Shown here: one piece after another, positions 57,832-64,000 of the stretch | How the letters are laid out: each line of letters starts with the position of its first letter | Position numbering within the stretch: position 1 is the first letter of the stretch | IMG/VR virus record: IMGVR_UViG_3300021961_000040 | Location: 32,001-96,000 of that record | Origin: a virus | Length of the DNA: 64,000 nt | Strand: one strand, 5' to 3' | The notes under the pieces: model-generated | What the model was told of the DNA's origin: nothing | The model's input: only the letters and a program-made list of their open reading frames with translations | The model's database searches: none | Program-made: the position numbers and the translations under genes

Positions 57832-58296
57832 ATGAGTGCTTATATCAAGAACGGCGTGTACTATGCCCTCGATGCTGCAAACAATGAAATGAGCGGGATT
57901 TTTTATCCGCATGCTTTCTTTGTCAAGCGCGATGGAGATAATCCGCTTGCTGAGACTATGACTAGCGGTGTATATAATTGCAGCGCTTCGGGCCTTGAGG
58001 CTCATGTAAATATCGATTACAAGTCTGCTATTGGGTGGGACAAGGTCCCGAAAGGTGTTGAGTATTATATTCTTTCAGACTCAGAAAGTGATTATGCAGT
58101 AACTGCAAATCATGCTCGAGAAAATTATGAGCTTCTTTTCTCATCTGGCCAGGTTCGAAACATGATTTGCAACGTTGCGCTCGACGTTTTTTACAACACC
58201 GGAGAAGATGCCTGGGGAGATAGAACAGCTAACCAAATCGAGGTAGACATGACCATGGCAGAAGCCGCGCAATGGGACGAAGAGGAGGCAGCATGA
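57832..58296 (+). CDS. hypothetical protein
   Basis: AAGGAG SD, TATAAT upstream. Confidence 0.55.
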   Translation: MSAYIKNGVYYALDAANNEMSGIFYPHAFFVKRDGDNPLAETMTSGVYNCSASGLEAHVNIDYKSAIGWDKVPKGVEYYILSDSESDYAVTANHARENYELLFSSGQVRNMICNVALDVFYNTGEDAWGDRTANQIEVDMTMAEAAQWDEEEAA

Positions 58297-58476
58297 AGCA
58301 CGTGCAGATGTTTTCTGAACTAATGGCAGAAGAACTCGATCGACAGTTTTGGGGAATGATCGATCCAAACCTTTTTCATGAAATTGCTGAGAATGCAAAT
58401 AGCAGTTTTGACGACATGACGTCAGATGCGCAGTCTTTGGCGAAGATTATTCAGTATGCGCTGGAGCGTGAATAAG

Positions 58477-58913
58477 TGAAACAGTCAGCTGGAATTATTC
58501 TTTTAGATGTAAGGCACGACCCGGTAAAAATTCTCTGCCTCAGAGCTTACGCCAACTGGGACTTTCCAAAAGGTCAACTTGATCCAGGAGAAACTCATCA
58601 GCAGGCAGCGTTGCGAGAACTCGAAGAAGAGACCGGATACAACATAGATGATATCCGAATGATCGGAAGTCTTCTCAATACGCCTGAGTCTGTAACTTAT
58701 GGTAAGGGTAAAAAACAGAAGACAGCAACGTATTTCTACGCTGTTCTGGAAAACTTTGATAAGGAGCCTTACCTTCCGATCAATCCTGAACTAGGGAAGC
58801 CAGAACATGATGAATGGCGATGGGTTTCTGTGGAAGATCTTCCTGACTTGCTTCCTAAGCGGTTACAGCTTATTGCACAGAAGCTGAGTGCAAGTTCTCA
58901 AAACTCGTATTAA
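58477..58913 (+). CDS. NUDIX hydrolase
   Basis: WDFPKGQLDPGETHQQAALRELEEETG Nudix box. Confidence 0.93.
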
Positions 58914-58941
58914 GATATACACACAATAAAGGAGGTGCTTT

Positions 58942-60153
58942 TTGCATCCAAACATTCGTGAGCTGGTCACGCTTATCACGTCCGACATTCGTTCCAACGC
59001 TGACAAAAAGGAGAAGTGGGCTGACTTCAAGTGTAACAACGTTGAAGAACTGACTCGCCTGCTCCAGCTTGAAGGTAAGGGGATGGATAATCCTGGTGCA
59101 CTCATCGGAATTGACTTCGACGAAGATCGAAAGCTCATGTTGCTTAACTACACAGGTCAGGCACACAACTTCCTTCACGAGATTGAAGGCGGATGGACTC
59201 CCGTTCTGCGGCAGCTTCGTGGTTTGATTGTTGCTTATGATGGCGTGCCTCGAATGGTGTCTCGTGGTTTCGAGAAGTTCTTCAATTACAACGAGCTCCA
59301 TGAGTGTTCTGTCGAAGGCTTGTCTGAAAAGTTTGGTGCTGATACAAAGTTTCTTGCACGTGAAAAGGCCGATGGCCATATGATTGAGTATTTTGTTCAC
59401 AATGATGAACTCTGTGCTTCGACCCGTGGCAAGTTTGGCACTGCAAGCTCCGATCTTGCAACTGACATGTTCAATCTTGAAACATTCAACATCGTTTCTG
59501 CTAATGTACCGAACGGCGTCATGTCTATCGTTGTCGAGCTTGTTCATCCTGACACTCGAGTCCATGTTGACTACGATAGGTCTCATTTGTTCTTGCTCGC
59601 TATTTTTGATAAGGATGGTAATCGGTACAGCAATGAGATTCTTGAATCGCTTTGTGAGCAGCCGGAGTTTTTCTGCTTTACACCGCCTGCGGCGACAATG
59701 ATGTCTCTCAACGACATGATTGCTGAAATCAACGATCGTAGTGTCGTTAACAACGAAGGTTGGGTCATGGACTTCGACGGATACCTTGTCAAGTTCAAGT
59801 ACATCTCGTACATTGGTGAGATGGTCAAGTCCAAGCTTTCCTACAAATATATCATGAACTGCATGAAGAACGATCGTCTCGATAAGATGCTCTTTACTCT
59901 GCCCGAAGAGATTCGTGAGGAAGCGTATCGAATGGTTGATGATGTTAAGGCAGCATCTGATCGTGCTATTCGGGCGGGTACTTATCAGCCACTATACGAC
60001 TTGTTTAATCCAGACATGGAAGGTTCCAAGGGTTATTTTACTCAGGTTTGTCGGACCTATTGGCACGAGCACGTGATTCCGAACGGTCTGGATGAGGCTC
60101 GCCGAGCTGCGCAGGGTCGACTTCCGGCACTTCCATTTGCATTTGCTGGGTAA
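58942..60153 (+). CDS. T4 Rnl1-like RNA ligase
   Basis: RGL, SRGFEKFFNYNE, EKADG, STRG, EGWV, VKFK. Confidence 0.82.
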   Translation: MHPNIRELVTLITSDIRSNADKKEKWADFKCNNVEELTRLLQLEGKGMDNPGALIGIDFDEDRKLMLLNYTGQAHNFLHEIEGGWTPVLRQLRGLIVAYDGVPRMVSRGFEKFFNYNELHECSVEGLSEKFGADTKFLAREKADGHMIEYFVHNDELCASTRGKFGTASSDLATDMFNLETFNIVSANVPNGVMSIVVELVHPDTRVHVDYDRSHLFLLAIFDKDGNRYSNEILESLCEQPEFFCFTPPAATMMSLNDMIAEINDRSVVNNEGWVMDFDGYLVKFKYISYIGEMVKSKLSYKYIMNCMKNDRLDKMLFTLPEEIREEAYRMVDDVKAASDRAIRAGTYQPLYDLFNPDMEGSKGYFTQVCRTYWHEHVIPNGLDEARRAAQGRLPALPFAFAG

Positions 60154-60283
60154 CGATTCGAGGAAGATCTTTCTTTCCAATTAGAAAGTCTAATACTCCG
60201 AGCCTTGCAAAAGCAAAGAATGCTAAGACAATTCCGATAATAAGAGATCCGAATATCGAATCGAACATACTTTCTTTTTCCAT
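60038..60283 (-). CDS. small membrane protein
   Basis: MEKESMFDSIFGSLIIGIVLAFFAFARLG; ATATTTA motif just upstream on minus strand. Confidence 0.45.
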   Translation of the reverse strand: MEKESMFDSIFGSLIIGIVLAFFAFARLGVLDFLIGKKDLPRIVTQQMQMEVPEVDPAQLGEPHPDRSESRARANRSDKPE

Positions 60284-60708
60284 GTAAATAAATATTCTTC
60301 TCGTATGCAGGTTTGTCACTTGTTTGTTACATGCAGACAATGAATCTCCTTCGTACACCCGCCCTTTTTTAACTTCCCTCAGATGTCTTCAAATGGCCCT
60401 CAAAGACGTTGAACGAGACGGAATAAACACTTGGTTTTGGGAGAATGGAACTTTCTCTTGGAACCAGAATGAATATTTTTGGGATTGGAAGTCAAACAAA
60501 GAGGAACAGGAAAAATAATGTGGTTTACTGATTATCCTATCACATCTTTTGGTGATACACCCGGTCAAGAAGCTCCGAAAAGAAAGGTAAGGATTATCTC
60601 TCTTGAAAGACATCCGTATGTTTTAGTAGACATATTTGATGTTGATACAAAAAAGACGATCAGAGAATCTATCAAGTCATTCTATATCTACATCGAGGAG
60701 AACGAAGA

Positions 60709-61017
60709 ATGACACGATTAGTTTTGTTAAGTCTTCTTGTAGGGTGTTCACAGGCAGACTACGACGTGATCGACACAGGTGCATTTGAAGAAGTCGTCTG
60801 TTCACACCCAAACTCTCAGTTTGAGGCACAGGTAGAAGTTAACTATCAGGATGAAGATTTCACATCAGTTGAGATTATTCTGGGACAGAACGAAGAGTTT
60901 TGGATTGCAGATTTGCAGCGCCCAAACGAAGATGTCACAACTTGGCATGCAACAATGCAGATTCTCGAGTTCGACTGTTACACAGATTTTACATATAACT
61001 TTGTTACTGAGAACTAG
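60709..61017 (+). CDS. putative lipoprotein
   Basis: MTRLVLLSLLVGC lipobox. Confidence 0.6.
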   Translation: MTRLVLLSLLVGCSQADYDVIDTGAFEEVVCSHPNSQFEAQVEVNYQDEDFTSVEIILGQNEEFWIADLQRPNEDVTTWHATMQILEFDCYTDFTYNFVTEN

Positions 61018-61297
61018 GCATGACTGATTTTACGGAATTACTATATTTTTGGCTCATTTTAGGATTTTTAACTATTTTTTATAGTATTCAGATTTGGGCT
61101 CTTGATTTTCTCTTAGTCAAGCTTAAGAACAAGTTTGATATTGGCAGATTTTTTACTCCGCTTTATCTCTTCATTATTTGGGTTTTTGGAGGAGAACTTA
61201 TTGCCTGGGTTTATCTTTTTACTTGTTTGACAGAATAAAGTGTAAAAGGTACAAAAAAGAGTTAAAATAACTATGCCAACAACAAAGGAGGCCAATC

Positions 61298-61753
61298 ATG
61301 GCTAAGGCAATTGACAACGCAACTGCTGCTTTGATTTCTAATATTCAGAATGGTGACACGACAGCAAATCAGATCTTGGCTACTGAAGCTGTAGGACTCT
61401 CTGTTCGTGGCTTTATCGAGCTAGACGACAACGGGGATCTTGCTCTGACTGGTAAGGCATTCCGTGCTCTTCGTCGCTTCGAGAAGGAAAATGAGATTGA
61501 TGTCGTAACCGAAGCTGTTCGTGGAGTTATTGACGATATTCTTACTGAGCCTGGTGCAGTTACTCAGCACCGCGCGGTCTGGAATGCAGTCGGAGGTCCT
61601 GATAAGTTTGAGCGGGACATTGTTCTGCAGGCTCTCAATGTTCTAAAGGCTGAGGGCGTTCTCAACAATCATCGGACTAGCGGCAACAATTTCCAGATTT
61701 TCTGGAAGCGTGCTGATGATGTTGCTCCTACTCCTGACTTTGAGGAAAACTGA
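61298..61753 (+). CDS. winged-helix-like hypothetical protein
   Basis: own promoter at 61240, AAGGAGG SD; RGFIEL...LTGKA. Confidence 0.55.
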   Translation: MAKAIDNATAALISNIQNGDTTANQILATEAVGLSVRGFIELDDNGDLALTGKAFRALRRFEKENEIDVVTEAVRGVIDDILTEPGAVTQHRAVWNAVGGPDKFERDIVLQALNVLKAEGVLNNHRTSGNNFQIFWKRADDVAPTPDFEEN

Positions 61754-62112
61754 TGAGTCGACACGGCAAAAGGGGCCATGGCCCTGCTTATATCTTTTTG
61801 CTTGGAATGATTGTACTTGTCTCTGTTGGAGTCAGCGAAGGAACAGAGTTTGAAGACACAATTACCGTCGAAAAGACTTGGACCAAGATGCAATGCGACG
61901 GGGACGGAAGTTGTCATGACAAGTATCTTGTCCGAGCTACTTCGGGCGAAGTATTTCAGATCACCGACTCTCTGTATCGAGCTCAGTTCCGAAGCAGTGA
62001 TATTTGGTCTGATATGGACCCCGGAGAAACTTTCAAGATCAAGGGCGATGGGTATCGATTCGGCTGTACCAGCTCTTATCGACGTATCTACAGCGTAGAG
62101 GCAGTAAAGTGA
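61753..62112 (+). CDS. membrane-anchored OB-fold-like protein
   Basis: N-terminal TM, KYLV...EVFQITDSL...GYRFG. Confidence 0.5.
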   Translation: MSRHGKRGHGPAYIFLLGMIVLVSVGVSEGTEFEDTITVEKTWTKMQCDGDGSCHDKYLVRATSGEVFQITDSLYRAQFRSSDIWSDMDPGETFKIKGDGYRFGCTSSYRRIYSVEAVK

Positions 62113-62400
62113 TGAAAGAACTTTATTTGGTAGAAGTTGTTAGATTTGGAAATCCAGATTTGGGAGTGCATGTTTTCGGAGTTTTTGATGAATTTGAAAA
62201 GATTGCACCCGCTATGACAGAATACAATGCCCACAGGGGCGGAATATATCCCGAATATTACGTCACTAGCATCGGTGTCGTAAATCCTACGGATTCTGAG
62301 TTTAATAGACGACATGGATATAAAGTTGAATATTAGTGTGTAAATAAATCAAAGATGAGTTAAGATACAAAGGTAAGGCAGGAAATAAACCTTACAAAAT

Positions 62401-62476
62401 GGGCCTATAGCTCAATTGGCAGAGCATCGGACTCTTAATCCGCAGGTTCCAGGTTCGATTCCTGGTGGGCCCACCA
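62401..62476 (+). tRNA. tRNA-Lys(CUU)
   Basis: cloverleaf, loop CTCTTAA, CCA. Confidence 0.94.
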
Positions 62477-62493
62477 TTTAAAAAATAATCAAA

Positions 62494-62566
62494 GGGGATA
62501 TAGCTCAGCTGGGAGAGCATCTGCTTTGCACGCAGAAGGTCAAGGGTTCGAATCCCTTTGTCTCCA
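62494..62566 (+). tRNA. tRNA-Ala(UGC), CCA not encoded
   Basis: G3.U70, loop TTTGCAC. Confidence 0.94.
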
Positions 62567-62571
62567 CTCTT

Positions 62572-62648
62572 CGGGGTATAGCGCAGCCTGGCAGCGCATC
62601 TGGTTTGGGACCAGAGGGTCGTAGGTTCAAATCCTGCTACCCCGACCA
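62572..62648 (+). tRNA. tRNA-Pro(UGG)
   Basis: CGGGGTA/TACCCCG, loop TTTGGGA, CCA. Confidence 0.95.
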
Positions 62649-62670
62649 CTTTATTTGACAAATAAGTTAT

Positions 62671-62755
62671 GACACCGTGGCCGAGTGGTTTATGGCAGCA
62701 GGCTGTTAACCTGCCGGGTTTCCCATCGTAGGTTCGAATCCTACCGGTGTCGCCA
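62671..62755 (+). tRNA. tRNA-Asn(GUU) with long variable arm
   Basis: GACACCG/CGGTGTC-G-CCA, loop CTGTTAA, variable stem GGG-TTT-CCC. Confidence 0.85.
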
Positions 62756-63287
62756 CTTTTATTTTTTTCATGTGTGTATAAACACAACTTTTATATTAAA
62801 AAAATAATAAAAAGGAAATCATGTCTGAACTTATTGAGAAAGTCTACATCGATCAAGATCAGTGTGAAGAGTTTGGGTCTGAATATTTTAATTCGTGTGG
62901 GCTAGTTATTTCTTGTCGAGAGCTACGTCACAGCAAGCGATATGATAGTGCGCACACAAAGCTTTTTGATACGTACCCAGACAGTATTTTTCATCTCCAG
63001 CGAGAAGAGAGAGACGCTCCTGGCTGGTATAGCTGGTCTATTTACATTAACCAAAAGGTTTGAAAAATCACTCTTATTGGTATAGATAAAACTATGAAAG
63101 TAATCAAAACAGACAAAAAACCTGTTGCAATTCCAGATTACTATAAGTTTTACTTGAGCTGGTTGAGCAGAGCAGAGTTGACAGGTGAGAACCATGCTTA
63201 CACTGAAGCATTTAGGCTTGCTCGCCTGGCAGAAGAATTTGGCTTGGCTGTCATTGAAGACGACGAAACAATGGAAGATATGATTTA

Positions 63288-63374
63288 GCCAGCGTGGTGG
63301 AATCGGTATACACAGGAGATTCAAAATCTCCCGCTCTTTCGAGCTTGCGAGTTCGAGTCTCGCCGCTGGTACCA
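63288..63374 (+). tRNA. tRNA-Leu(CAA)
   Basis: loop TTCAAAA, long variable arm, A-CCA. Confidence 0.94.
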
Positions 63375-63396
63375 TTTTAAAATAAAAAGATTTTGA

Positions 63397-63425
63397 GTGT
63401 AAAAACACAAAATAGGTTATAAGAT
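63397..63425 (+). promoter_or_regulatory. GTGTAA-N17-TAAGAT promoter
   Basis: family consensus, upstream of two structured RNAs. Confidence 0.7.
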
Positions 63426-63438
63426 ACAAAAGTAATCA

Positions 63439-63493
63439 AGGAAGCTAACAGCAATCTTTTACTTACCGCAATTCTACAAGTAAAATGCTTCCT
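63439..63493 (+). ncRNA. candidate ACAGCAA structured RNA 1
   Basis: terminal stem AGGAAGC/GCTTCCT, ACAGCAA, inner stem TTTTACTT/AAGTAAAA. Confidence 0.55.
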
Positions 63494-63502
63494 GTCTTTT
63501 TA

Positions 63503-63594
63503 AGGGTAGTTACAGCAACATCCAATCAAATGGAGAGAATTGTCTAACAATTCGCACAGTTTGCAAGAGTTCTGACAAACTTGCAACCTACCCT
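63503..63594 (+). ncRNA. candidate ACAGCAA structured RNA 2 (tRNA-like)
   Basis: terminal stem AGGGTAG/CTACCCT, ACAGCAA, three internal hairpins. Confidence 0.6.
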
Positions 63595-63615
63595 GTTTAT
63601 TTTATTGGAGATACG

Positions 63616-64000
63616 ATGTCGAACACATTTCTCAATTCTATGTCAAATAGTGCACAGACTGCAAACGGCGGGGCAACCAATACTTCTTCTTTGAATAACT
63701 GTGTTGATCTGTTCTTCCAGATTGGAAGTATGCGCAGCAATTCCGAAGAGGATATTCTTGTTGCCTGGACTAAGGCATTTCTAGAAAATCCTCAGACCGC
63801 GCTTAAGATCCTGTTTTGGGCCCGCGATGTCCGCCAAGGCGCCGGTGAACGACGAGTGTTTCGGACAATTCTGACTCATTTGGCTGAGCGCAATCCTGAG
63901 TTGTTTTCGCAGCAACTCATTGCTCAGATTCCTGAGTTTGGGCGATGGGACGATTTGTTCGTGTTTTTTGGAACCAAGCTCGAAGGGCGCGCGTCGAACG
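63616..64000 (+). CDS. DUF2828/TROVE-like (Ro60-related) protein, N-terminal part, runs off window
   Basis: TANGGAT..SS...CVDLFF, ALKILFWARDVRQGAGERRVFR, IPEFGRWDDL; GGAG SD. Confidence 0.75.
   Translation, partial: MSNTFLNSMSNSAQTANGGATNTSSLNNCVDLFFQIGSMRSNSEEDILVAWTKAFLENPQTALKILFWARDVRQGAGERRVFRTILTHLAERNPELFSQQLIAQIPEFGRWDDLFVFFGTKLEGRASN

Noticed and set aside
39033-60505. Diversity-generating retroelement TR/VR pair
   Set aside because: Mismatches between the copies are not adenine-specific and no reverse transcriptase is present
896-63429. Most minus-strand and nested ORFs in the six-frame track (e.g. 896-1258, 5753-6151, 58870-59586, 62392-62787, 62923-63429)
   Set aside because: Shadow ORFs opposite well-supported genes or tRNAs, without SD or motifs
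63503-63594. Amber suppressor or pyrrolysine tRNA
   Set aside because: A CUA loop is present, but D/T loops and spacing are non-canonical and there is no CCA; kept as tRNA-like ncRNA only
1-64000. Stop-codon reassignment
   Set aside because: Conserved genes are full length under code 11, and TAA, TAG and TGA all end genes at expected positions

Overview
This is a 64 kb, densely coding, almost entirely plus-strand segment of a large (jumbo-type, distantly T4-like) dsDNA bacteriophage using the standard genetic code. It encodes DNA metabolism (5'-3' exonuclease, DinG helicase, ATP ligase, two-subunit type II topoisomerase, minimal PolX, RadA, ThyX, PurA), chaperones (GroEL, Hsp20), an endolysin, and a translation/RNA-repair toolkit (tmRNA, 7 tRNAs, bS21, TilS, TrmH, Rnl1-type ligase, DUF2828/TROVE-like protein). 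The most notable observations are: (1) a sigma70 whose region 4.2 HTH appears to be encoded as a separate downstream gene, alongside about 23 promoters with a non-canonical -35 (GTGYAH-N17-TANNNT); (2) a topoisomerase large subunit fractured by a split intein with a free-standing endonuclease in between, the N-intein having a duplicated block B; (3) two ACAGCAA-containing structured RNAs, one tRNA-like, directly upstream of the DUF2828/TROVE-like gene; (4) a shared N-terminal MKITRxxLRxII.E leader on unrelated proteins, often behind an ATAnTTA late-type motif; (5) a recurrent GGAGAACGAAGAATGA gene-junction motif in a hypervariable small-ORF region. All calls were made by eye from motifs; no database searches were run.
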